DNA of 64,000 bases, taken from Armatimonadota bacterium (GTDB lineage: Bacteria; Armatimonadota; UBA5829). Position 1 is the stretch's first letter. Every line of letters begins with the position of its first letter. Positions 9,513-17,744 of this stretch are shown here, in pieces. Under the pieces are notes generated by a model. It saw nothing but the letters and a program-made list of their open reading frames with translations. It made no database searches and was not told where the DNA came from. The stretch spans positions 2,272,083 to 2,336,082 of the forward strand of contig JBMNES010000001.1 of assembly GCA_050948905.1 (NCBI GenBank). The letters run 5' to 3'. The position numbers were made by a program, and so were the translations under genes.

Positions 9513-9675
9513 CCGTGTAAATCTCCAACAATTCGTTCATGGAGAACTTAGACAGTATCGAGACATAATCCTTGCCTCAGCGTAAATTATAAAAACACAT
9601 GCAGATTCTACTGCCGAAAACGCGTTTGTTGATGGAACAATTTCTATGAGCGGCGAGCAGGGAAAGGAGAGCTAT

Positions 9676-9936
9676 ATGGCGGCTGCCGGCCTTCCGGAAA
9701 TCCAACCCGATCGCTCGGTGCGGCTAACAAAGCGTGAGCTGGAAGTATTATTCCTGGTAGTGGAAGGCAGATCCAGCCAGGAAGTGGCCGATGCTTTGTA
9801 TGTCTGCAAGCGAACAGTGGATTTCCATTTAGCCAACATATACGACAAGCTCCAGGTGTCCAATCGCGTTCAGGCTTTCCGACGTGCGACTCGACTGGGA
9901 CTTATCCCATTTGAAGCCACGATGAGAGAAAACTGA
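9676..9936 (+). CDS. LuxR/GerE-family helix-turn-helix transcriptional regulator (small, single-domain)
   Basis: LTKRELEVLFLVVEGRSSQEVADALYVCKRTVDFHLANIYDKL is a classic LuxR-type HTH. Start chosen at the ATG with AAGGAG upstream. Confidence 0.7.
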   Translation: MAAAGLPEIQPDRSVRLTKRELEVLFLVVEGRSSQEVADALYVCKRTVDFHLANIYDKLQVSNRVQAFRRATRLGLIPFEATMREN

Positions 9937-10001
9937 CGGACACCCAGCCCAGTCTCGTTGATACGGCGGTCGCATAGGGTGTGCGACCGCCGTATCGCTA
10001 T

Positions 10002-11279
10002 TTACTGGATGTCTAAATGATAGATGCGGCCGTTTTGACACTCTACCATCGCCTGGCAGCTATCCGGCGATCTTGTAAACCTGGATATAGGGGAGGTCAA
10101 TTCGCATACCTGTTTAAAAGCCCCATCCGGCCCGACGGCGAAAATAGTCTTCTCCCCGTCGCTTATCAACACAAACCCTGTATTAAGAACCAGAATCGGG
10201 GTCGCCTGCAGCAGCATCGAGCCTTTATCCCAAAACTTCCGACCGGCATAATCATACAATACCGTGTGTTTTTCAGGCATAGTCTTTCCAGAGTGTTGAA
10301 TCAGTTTACGATAGCCCACGCACACGAAAAGCCCATTAGGGGAGGGAATTACTCTTGTTGCCTCTTCAACGCTTACTGTGTAGCGGCTAAGACTTTTGCC
10401 GTCTGGCTCTCGCAGGGTTGTCTCGCTGTCAGCTCCGAATCGATTTGGTACTGAGTTAAGTAGCATCCTTGCGGAGCCAGCCAACGGTTCCACATATTGC
10501 AGCATACTTGAATCTGCGCCGACCTCCCACCTCGTCCGGCCGTCGAGGTGCGTCGCTCTTAGCGTCGATGGCTGCCATGTGCCATAGAGTATGGTATCTG
10601 CGGCACTGTCAAGCGCAACTGAGCAGACTACCCCCGGAGTGCGGAATCTGCGATAACGTTTAGTTTTTTTATTCACAGAGACCATATAGATCCGGCTCTC
10701 TCCCGCGCCTACTGCAAACTCGGCGACGCCGTTGGAGCTGTCGGCGTCCGCCGACCACACCGCACTGGGCATGTTCATAGTCCAACATATTTTCCCCGCC
10801 GAGTCGAGGAAAGTCAGTTTGGTATTGGCTGGGTTACGATGCGCGTAAGCTAGAGTGCACTCTCCATCCGGCGTAGTGACAGCTCTGTCGGCCCCGTCCA
10901 CCAGTGTCGAAAACACTACGTCGCCGCCTCGATCATAACAGGTTATTTGTCCAGTCTCGGATATAGTGCAGATATGCCTGCTGGAGCCCGAAAATGATAT
11001 TCTGTCGACTTCTGCCGCGGAGATATCCCAGTCTATATTGACGACAGGGGGGTTGCCTCCCGTAACAATCGGAGGTTTAAGTTTGGCGCGCAGGATCGTT
11101 ATGCCAATCAGGCAGACAATCAGCAATGAGATCAGGACGCCGATGCTGCGAAGTGTAGGGTTCAATCTCAACACTTTAAGCTGTGTCCCTGTAATAAAAT
11201 GAGGTACGATAAGTAACGTGGAAAGGATAGCACCGTCTACAACACATGTCAACGTGATTCGCCTTTGTTGCTTTCGCAA
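10002..11279 (-). CDS. Membrane-anchored hypothetical protein with a beta-propeller-like extracytoplasmic domain
   Basis: Basic N-terminus plus one TM helix (IGVLISLLIVCLIGITIL), then a repeat-rich domain. No family recognised. Confidence 0.55.
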   Translation of the reverse strand: MRKQQRRITLTCVVDGAILSTLLIVPHFITGTQLKVLRLNPTLRSIGVLISLLIVCLIGITILRAKLKPPIVTGGNPPVVNIDWDISAAEVDRISFSGSSRHICTISETGQITCYDRGGDVVFSTLVDGADRAVTTPDGECTLAYAHRNPANTKLTFLDSAGKICWTMNMPSAVWSADADSSNGVAEFAVGAGESRIYMVSVNKKTKRYRRFRTPGVVCSVALDSAADTILYGTWQPSTLRATHLDGRTRWEVGADSSMLQYVEPLAGSARMLLNSVPNRFGADSETTLREPDGKSLSRYTVSVEEATRVIPSPNGLFVCVGYRKLIQHSGKTMPEKHTVLYDYAGRKFWDKGSMLLQATPILVLNTGFVLISDGEKTIFAVGPDGAFKQVCELTSPISRFTRSPDSCQAMVECQNGRIYHLDIQ

Positions 11280-11413
11280 GAGCAGTCGCAGAATCTTTGC
11301 GGGATGTTGACAAATGAAAAGAGGTTATGGCTATTCGAAAGTCGAATAGATTGACCTAAGGATAAAGCGGGCATGCTAAAAAGGCAATTTCTGATTAGGA
11401 AAGGATAGTAGCT

Positions 11414-11929
11414 ATGATTAAAAAACTCTTTATAGCGTTAGTTGTCGTCGCCGTGGTGGCTTCGATTTCTGCGGTTGCTTATGCGAATTTGAAAGTCGGC
11501 ACCAAAGCGCCGGACTTTTCTCTGAAGGATCTCGACGGCAAGACATTTACGCTGGCCGACAACTTCAAGGCGCCGGGCAAAGTGGTGCTCTTGGATATAT
11601 GGGCGACGTGGTGTCCGCCCTGTCGGGCCGAAATACCGCACCTGATCAAGCTGCAGACCAAATATAAGGACAAGCCGGTAGTGATCGTTGGTGTAGCTGT
11701 TGATGAGCGCAAGACCGACGTTGAGTCATTTGCAAAGAAGAACAAAATAAACTACGTCGTTTGTCCAGACGAGCGCGGCAAAGCCATCGGCGATAAGTAT
11801 AGCGTAAGGGGAATTCCTGCCACATACATCATCGACAAAAAAGGTGTAATCCGCTACGTGCACTCTGGATTTGGCGGTGCAGACGACGCTGCCAAGATGG
11901 ATAAAGAGATAGCATCTCTTTTGAAATAA
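11414..11929 (+). CDS. TlpA/ResA-family thiol-disulfide oxidoreductase (thioredoxin fold, membrane-anchored)
   Basis: WATWCPPCRAEIP active-site motif. N-terminal signal anchor. 171 aa. Confidence 0.85.
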   Translation: MIKKLFIALVVVAVVASISAVAYANLKVGTKAPDFSLKDLDGKTFTLADNFKAPGKVVLLDIWATWCPPCRAEIPHLIKLQTKYKDKPVVIVGVAVDERKTDVESFAKKNKINYVVCPDERGKAIGDKYSVRGIPATYIIDKKGVIRYVHSGFGGADDAAKMDKEIASLLK

Positions 11930-11959
11930 CTATTTCAGCTTGAAGCCTCGAATGTTCAA

Positions 11960-11990
11960 AGACCAGTGCCTGGCGCTGGTCTTTGTTGTG
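11960..11990 (+). terminator. Rho-independent terminator after the tlpA-like gene
   Basis: agaccag-tgcctggcg-ctggtct hairpin followed by tttgttgtg. Confidence 0.5.
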
Positions 11991-12231
11991 TATACTGTTT
12001 ATGTAGAATTATAACAACATAATAACAACACAATTAGCACGGCAATGATACACAACGTGAAGAAGCAGGATTCAATACCCCGTACAATTACTGGAATTTC
12101 TCCACAAAGTTGACAAACACTCTTGTGCATGATAATCTTCAGTAGGGTATGCTTGGCTGCCCGTACTATCGTTGGCGCGGGCCACCACCCCGGATACCTG
12201 CTCAACAACACTTTATAAGGAGGGAATTGAA

Positions 12232-12969
12232 ATGAGGAAGTTTGTATTGCTGCTTGTGCTGTGTCTTGCGTTTGCAGGCACCCAGGCGTTGGCAGCCGTC
12301 GTTTTCACAGAAGATTGGGAAAGTGGCGGAGCCGCTTGGACAGACTATGGTGCAGGTGGCAGCATAGTCAATGACTCTGTTGCTCAACTGTTGGGCGCCA
12401 ACAATCACGCCTTTAAGACCAACGCATCACCATCAAGCGCTGCGGGCGCGAAAACTGCCGTTTTGGCCAGTGAGACTGATAAAAACTGGACTGTCACCTG
12501 GGACTTCTATCAGGCATTGCACAGCAACACTCGCGAGTATTTGCAGCTTGGTAATGATGTGGGTGGGAGCTTGCAGCAGTTGATTGCACTTGGCACTTAC
12601 AACGCTACTTCTGGGACGATTTATCAGTTCAGAGTTGTGTCTGGAAGCGTTGGCTGGGCTGATACCACCATCAACCGCATTGGTGACGCTTGGGTTCACA
12701 TGAAAGTCGAGCAGATTTACACTGCTGGAGCTCCGTCAGCTACTCTGAACTTCTATGTCAACGATGTGCTTGGCGCTTCTGTCACGACCACAAAGGTGGT
12801 CGGCCTCAGCTATCTCAGGGCAGGATCGGGCCTTAGCAATGCGGATACTTCCGCTTATTTTGACAACATCGTTGTCAAGTCGGGCGCTGTTCCGGAGCCG
12901 GGCAGCATGCTTGCTTTGGGTACTGGCCTGGTTGGCCTCATCGGCATCATTCGCCGCAAGAGAGCCTAA
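12232..12969 (+). CDS. PEP-CTERM sorting-domain protein (predicted exosortase substrate)
   Basis: Signal peptide (MRKFVLLLVLCLAFAGTQALA). C-terminus VPEPGSMLALGTGLVGLIGIIRRKRA has the PEP motif, a TM helix and a basic tail. AGGAGG before the ATG. Confidence 0.8.
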   Translation: MRKFVLLLVLCLAFAGTQALAAVVFTEDWESGGAAWTDYGAGGSIVNDSVAQLLGANNHAFKTNASPSSAAGAKTAVLASETDKNWTVTWDFYQALHSNTREYLQLGNDVGGSLQQLIALGTYNATSGTIYQFRVVSGSVGWADTTINRIGDAWVHMKVEQIYTAGAPSATLNFYVNDVLGASVTTTKVVGLSYLRAGSGLSNADTSAYFDNIVVKSGAVPEPGSMLALGTGLVGLIGIIRRKRA

Positions 12970-12996
12970 ATGAATTAGTCGTTTTTATTTCAGAAT

Positions 12997-13028
12997 TGCC
13001 GCCGGTAACACAACCGGCGGCTTTTTTT
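12997..13028 (+). terminator. Rho-independent terminator of the PEP-CTERM gene
   Basis: gccgccggt-aacaca-accggcggc perfect 9-bp stem followed by ttttttt. Confidence 0.7.
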
Positions 13029-13032
13029 CGAT

Positions 13033-14050
13033 GTCCGCGATCCGAAGTTCGCTGTCCGATCATCCCGTCATTTCGAGCACCCACCCCCGTCATTTCGAGC
13101 GAAGCGAGAAATCCGCTTTTTCGATGTCCGAGGTCGGAGGTTAGAAGTCCGACCAAGTCTGGTCAGGCTTCCCACATTAGGCTACCATCCCATTATTTCT
13201 GGCTTTCGCCCCTTTCGCACTTTCGCGTTTATCCCTTCCCCGTTATCCTGCGCGCCAACTTTAATCGATGTGTGCGCCTACTTTAGTCATCCTGCGCCCC
13301 AAAACCTGTCATCCTGCGCGAAGTCGCAGGATCACGCCCTATTTAACTTACAACCTACCGAAAAAATCGTAGTGGCGGATCTCCGTCTCGGCCAATCCCT
13401 TCACAAAAGCCAATCGGTTGACGGTTATCGGCCGTCGGTTGTCAGTTCGCTCGTAACCCACCACCTATCAACAAAATCGTAGTGGCCGATCTCCGTCTCG
13501 GCCAATCCCTTCACAAAAGTCAATCGGTTGACGGTTATCGGTCGTCGGTTGTCGGTTCGCTCATAACACACCACCTATCAACAAAATCGTAGTGGCCGAT
13601 CTCCGTCTCGGCCAATCCCTTCACAAAAGTCAATCGGTTGACGGTTATCGGTCGTCGGTTGTCGGTTCGCTCATAACACACCACCTATCAACAAAATCGT
13701 AGTGGCCGACCTCCGTCTCGGCCAATCCCTTCGTCTATGCTGATTCCGGCCGGGATATAAACCTGCCCTACATTAAATAACCAGGGCGGCTTTTACCTCG
13801 AAGCCTGCCCTTGTAATTTCGAGCACCCATCCCGTCATTTCGAGCACCCACCCCCGTCATTTCGAGCGAAGCGAGAAATCCCCTTTTTCGATGTTCGAGG
13901 TCAGAGGTTAGAGGTCCGATCAAGTCTGGTCAGGCTTCCCACATTAGGCTACCATCCCATTATTTCTGGCTTTCGCCCCTTTCGCCCTTTCGCGTTTATC
14001 CCTTCTCTGCCACCCGTCGCGCAATCGCAGGATCATTCTAATAAAATATG
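13033..14050. repeat. Composite mosaic repeat locus: two 150-bp direct copies of 'module B' (13087-13236 and 13854-14004) flank tcatcctgcgc repeats and a 110-bp tandem array
   Basis: Direct reading. Module B is cgtcatttcgagcgaagcgagaaatccgctttttcgatgtccgaggtc...ctggctttcgcccctttcgc..gtttatccctt, preceded by one to three copies of cccgtcatttcgagcaccca. Confidence 0.8.
13361..13735. repeat. Tandem array of a 110-bp unit, about 3.4 copies; copies 2 and 3 are identical
   Basis: The unit is caaaatcgtagtggccgatctccgtctcggccaatcccttcacaaaagtcaatcggttgacggttatcggtcgtcggttgtcggttcgctcataacacaccacctatcaa. It contains the hairpin ggccga-tctccgtc-tcggcc and GTCGGTT-like heptamers. Confidence 0.85.
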
Positions 14051-14138
14051 GAATTTCGCGAACCTTCGTCTCTATTGATAGGTAATATTCCCTGATGTAT
14101 AATTAAACGTTCCTAGAGCTATGCGCAAGGAGGTTTGT

Positions 14139-14432
14139 ATGCCGCAGCTAACCCGAAATGAAATTGAAGGGGTTGCGAGCCTCAGTCGGATAAAATTATC
14201 CGAACCAGAAATAGATAAGCTCACCATCCAAATCAACGAAACGCTTGATAGCGTTCAAGAGTTGATCTCCCTGGACACTGATGGCGTAGAGCCGACCGTC
14301 CAGATCACTTCCGCAGTTAACGTATTCCGCAAAGACGAAATCACACCTTCTCTATCGGTCGACGACGCCACAGCCAATGGCCCACAGGTGGCGGAGAATT
14401 GTTTCGTGGTGCCCAGGGTGGTAGACACCTGA
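14139..14432 (+). CDS. gatC: Aspartyl/glutamyl-tRNA amidotransferase subunit C
   Basis: About 97 aa, MPQLTRNEIEGVASLSRIKLSEPEIDKL. AAGGAGG before the ATG. Followed by gatA and gatB. Confidence 0.85.
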   Translation: MPQLTRNEIEGVASLSRIKLSEPEIDKLTIQINETLDSVQELISLDTDGVEPTVQITSAVNVFRKDEITPSLSVDDATANGPQVAENCFVVPRVVDT

Positions 14433-14468
14433 TAAATTGCTGAACTTTTCTTACTTTACAGTCGAGGA

Positions 14469-15941
14469 ATGACGATGAAAGACAAATTGTATCAACTAAC
14501 GGCTCACGAAATAGCGGTTCTTATAAGAAGCAGGCAGGTCAGCGCCAGGGAGGTTGCCGAGAGTTTTATAGACCGTATCGACGCAGTCGACAAACAGGTT
14601 AATGCGTATGTCACCAAAACTCCGGAGCAGGCTTTCAAACAGGCGGATGCTGTGGATGAAGCGATAGGGCGCGGCGAGGAAGTTGGTATTCTTGCTGGCG
14701 TGCCGGGTGCGATCAAGGATAACGTCTGTACTAAAGGGGTTCTGACTACCTGTTCAAGCAAATCGTTGGCCAACTACATACCGGTATATGATGCGACAGT
14801 AATCGAACGACTCCACGCGGCAGGGTTCGCCCTTGTGGGAAAAACTAATCTCGACGAGTTCGCTATGGGCTCTTCGACGGAGACTTCTGCTTACTCTGTT
14901 TCACACAATCCGTGGGATCTAGAGTGCGTACCGGGAGGTTCCAGTGGAGGCTCTGCTGCGGCAGTGGCTGCAGACGAATGTGCGTTTGCGTTAGGTTCGG
15001 ATACGGCTGGATCTGCGCGTCAGCCGGCCTCGTTTTGCGGCGTTGTGGGACTGTTGCCGACCAACGGCAGGGTTTCGCGCTCTGGTGTTGTTCCTTTGGC
15101 TTCGTCGATGGATCAGGTCGGACCGATTACGAAGAACGTCACAGACAGCGCCCTCGTGCTTAGCGCCATTGCTGGCAAAGACCATCTGGATTCGCTCTCA
15201 ATTGATGCCGCAACTCTGGACTTTATGTCGGCTCTGGTCAACGACGTCAAAGGTCTGAAAATCGGCGTGGTTAAAGAATACTTTGAGATGGGAGTCGAGG
15301 CCGACGTAGAAAAAGCCGTGCGTGCCGCGATTGACGTATTAACTGGCTTGGGAGCAGAATGTCGCGAGGTATCGCTGCCCCATGCCCTCCACGGAATGGC
15401 TGCCTACACAATCATCTCGGCGGCTGAGAGCAGTTCGAATATGGCCAAAATCGACGGCGTAAGGTTCGGGTGTCGCAACAGACAGGCGGGAGACTGGGCG
15501 ACGATGTTCGATGAGACGCGCGGTGATGGCTTCGGAATCGAGGTCAAGCAGCGCATTATACTCGGCACTTACCTATTGTCGGCTGTTGCTTACGAGAAAT
15601 ATTTCGTAAAAGCCCAAAAGGTGCGTACGCTGGTAAGACGAGACATACAAAAGGCGTTTGAGGAGTTTGACGTGCTGGTTGGTCCTACCTCGCCGACTGC
15701 GGCATTCAAGATCGGCCGTCGCGCAGACGATGTGGTTGCGATGAAATACTCGGATGCTTGTACGGCGGGTGCAAACCTCGCTGGCGTGCCGTCTATTTCA
15801 GTCCCGTGCGGGTTTGTGAATGGCCTGCCGGTAGGTTTGCAGATCGTGGGCAAGGCACTTGATGAAGAAACGCTGCTGAGAGTCGCTTATACGTATGAGC
15901 AAAACACCGAATGGCATAAAAAGAAACCAGTTATCGGCTAA
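14469..15941 (+). CDS. gatA: Glutamyl-tRNA(Gln) amidotransferase subunit A (amidase family)
   Basis: Amidase signature region (GGSSGGSAAAVA) and conserved GatA N-terminus. The start may be at 14475. Confidence 0.9.
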   Translation: MTMKDKLYQLTAHEIAVLIRSRQVSAREVAESFIDRIDAVDKQVNAYVTKTPEQAFKQADAVDEAIGRGEEVGILAGVPGAIKDNVCTKGVLTTCSSKSLANYIPVYDATVIERLHAAGFALVGKTNLDEFAMGSSTETSAYSVSHNPWDLECVPGGSSGGSAAAVAADECAFALGSDTAGSARQPASFCGVVGLLPTNGRVSRSGVVPLASSMDQVGPITKNVTDSALVLSAIAGKDHLDSLSIDAATLDFMSALVNDVKGLKIGVVKEYFEMGVEADVEKAVRAAIDVLTGLGAECREVSLPHALHGMAAYTIISAAESSSNMAKIDGVRFGCRNRQAGDWATMFDETRGDGFGIEVKQRIILGTYLLSAVAYEKYFVKAQKVRTLVRRDIQKAFEEFDVLVGPTSPTAAFKIGRRADDVVAMKYSDACTAGANLAGVPSISVPCGFVNGLPVGLQIVGKALDEETLLRVAYTYEQNTEWHKKKPVIG

Positions 15942-15970
15942 ATGTGAAGTCCTTTAGGAGCCAGGCGAAG

Positions 15971-17422
15971 ATGATAGAATACGAACCAACAATAGGTATG
16001 GAAGTTCATGTGGAGTTGCAGACGAACACGAAGATGTTCTGCGGCTGTGAGGTCGCCTTTGGCGGCAATCCCAACACGAGATGTTGTCCGGTGTGTATGG
16101 GTCTGCTGGGGTCGCTGCCGGTGGTAAACGAGCGTGCTGTTGAGTTTATGACCAGAGCGGCTCTTGCATTGAATTGCACCATATCCCCGCATACCATCTT
16201 CTATCGCAAAAACTATTTCTATCCGGACCTGGCAAAAAACTACCAGGTGTCGCAGGGAGATGACCCGCTCGGTATGAACGGCTACGTCGAGATATTTGCC
16301 GGCGGCAAGAACAAGAAGATCGCCATTCGACGGGTCCACATGGAAGAGGATACGGGCAGACTGTTTCATGTGGAGGGCAACCGCAGCCTGGTGGACTTCA
16401 ACCGCAGCAGCATGGCTTTGATGGAGATTGTCACTATGAACCCACCGCCGCCAGGGCTGGATCAGATAGAATCAGCCGAGGAGGCCCGCGAATACCTCCA
16501 GCGACTCAGGCAGATTCTGCTCTACCTTGGGGTATCGGACTGTAAGATGGAGGAGGGGAGTATGCGATGCGAACCCAATATCTCCATCAAGCCAAAGGGC
16601 GCTGAGAAGCTGGGCACTAAGACTGAAATCAAGAACCTCAACAGCTTCAGAGCGGTATATATGGGCGTCGATTATGAGCTAAAGCGGCAGGAGAAGGTTT
16701 TGAGCGAGGGCGGCAAGGTGGTGCAGGAGACTCGCAGATGGGATGATGACCGCGGCGTTACATCGTCGATGAGATCAAAGGAGCACGCCGAGGAGTATCG
16801 CTACTTCCCTGATCCTGATCTGGTTCCGGTGGAGTTGAGCGAGGAGTATATAAACAAACTCAGAGCCGAACTCCCCGAACTGCCGATCTACCGGATCCGC
16901 AGGTTTGTCTCTGACTATGGCATATCAGAACAGGACGCGGAAGTATTGACCGACTCACGGGCGATTGCCGAGTTGTTTGACGAGTGTGCGAAACTGACCA
17001 CGGACCCGAAGGTCGTCGCGAACTGGCTGACAGGGGAGTTTTTAAGGCTGGTCAACGCCACCAACATTCCAATTGAGCAGGCGAAGATTACTCCAAAGAG
17101 CCTTGCTGAGCTGCTTGAGTTGATCGACAAGGGCACGATCAACCGCAACACAGGCAAGGCAGTCTTTGAGGAGATGTTCAACACGGGTAAAAGCGCGGCT
17201 GATATCGTTAAAGCGAAAGGCTTGGAGCAAGTCTCCGACACCGGGGCTATTGAATCCGCGATTGATGCAGTGTTGGCGGCCAACCCGCAGGAGGTCGAGC
17301 GATTCAAAGGCGGTGAAGAGAAACTGGCAGGCTGGTTCGTCGGCCAGGTAATGCGCGAGACAAAAGGCAAGGCCAACCCTGGAATAATAAATAGAATATT
17401 GAGCAAGAAGCTGAAGGGCTAA
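15971..17422 (+). CDS. gatB: Aspartyl/glutamyl-tRNA amidotransferase subunit B
   Basis: MIEYEPTIGMEVHVEL N-terminus typical of GatB. Start chosen at the internal ATG with AGGAG upstream; the ORF track extends 9 codons further. Confidence 0.9.
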   Translation: MIEYEPTIGMEVHVELQTNTKMFCGCEVAFGGNPNTRCCPVCMGLLGSLPVVNERAVEFMTRAALALNCTISPHTIFYRKNYFYPDLAKNYQVSQGDDPLGMNGYVEIFAGGKNKKIAIRRVHMEEDTGRLFHVEGNRSLVDFNRSSMALMEIVTMNPPPPGLDQIESAEEAREYLQRLRQILLYLGVSDCKMEEGSMRCEPNISIKPKGAEKLGTKTEIKNLNSFRAVYMGVDYELKRQEKVLSEGGKVVQETRRWDDDRGVTSSMRSKEHAEEYRYFPDPDLVPVELSEEYINKLRAELPELPIYRIRRFVSDYGISEQDAEVLTDSRAIAELFDECAKLTTDPKVVANWLTGEFLRLVNATNIPIEQAKITPKSLAELLELIDKGTINRNTGKAVFEEMFNTGKSAADIVKAKGLEQVSDTGAIESAIDAVLAANPQEVERFKGGEEKLAGWFVGQVMRETKGKANPGIINRILSKKLKG

Positions 17423-17435
17423 GCGACACCGACAA

Positions 17436-17709
17436 GCGTCATTCCAGACGGATATTTGTCGTTTTGAACAGCTATCTCGTCTTGTCGAACGCCTATCCCG
17501 TCATTTCGAGCGCAGCGAGAAATCTGCTTTTTTCGATGTCCGACATCCGTTGTCCGGCGTTCGAGTGGGCAGTGTAAGATATGCGAATTGCGTTGGGTAC
17601 GACAGGCGGCGATCTCCGAATCGCATCGAAGTACGACAGGCGGCGATCTCCGAATCGCGTCATAGTACGATAGGTGGCGATCTCCGAATCGCCACCTGAT
17701 CACCCATAG
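17436..17709. repeat. Mosaic repeat locus: module-B core with hairpin and T-run (17497-17535), plus three tandem units of about 35 bp each carrying a gcgatctccgaatcgc hairpin
   Basis: cccgtcatttcgagcgcagcgagaaatctgcttttttcgatgtccga. Then (agtacgacaggcggcgatctccgaatcgc)x3; the last copy has the full stem gtggcga/tcgccac. Confidence 0.8.
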
Positions 17710-17744
17710 AGAAGCCTGTTTCTCACAAACAAAGGAACATTAAA

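Noticed and set aside
12996-13482. ORF-track ORFs lying over the repeat loci (12996..13286, 13270..13482, 19048..19794, 19149..19531, 33998..34478, 45535..46050 and minus-strand partners)
   Set aside because: They are read-throughs of low-complexity repeat DNA (e.g. the recurring ..ISRCARNDG.., ..HFERSEKSAF.. and ..RHNPRHFE.. peptides from the same repeat in different frames). They lack RBSs, and several overlap real genes (tkt, purB).
13361-13735. Tandem repeats checked as a possible CRISPR array
   Set aside because: Units are 110 bp, directly contiguous with no unique spacers, and no cas genes are nearby. It is a plain tandem repeat.
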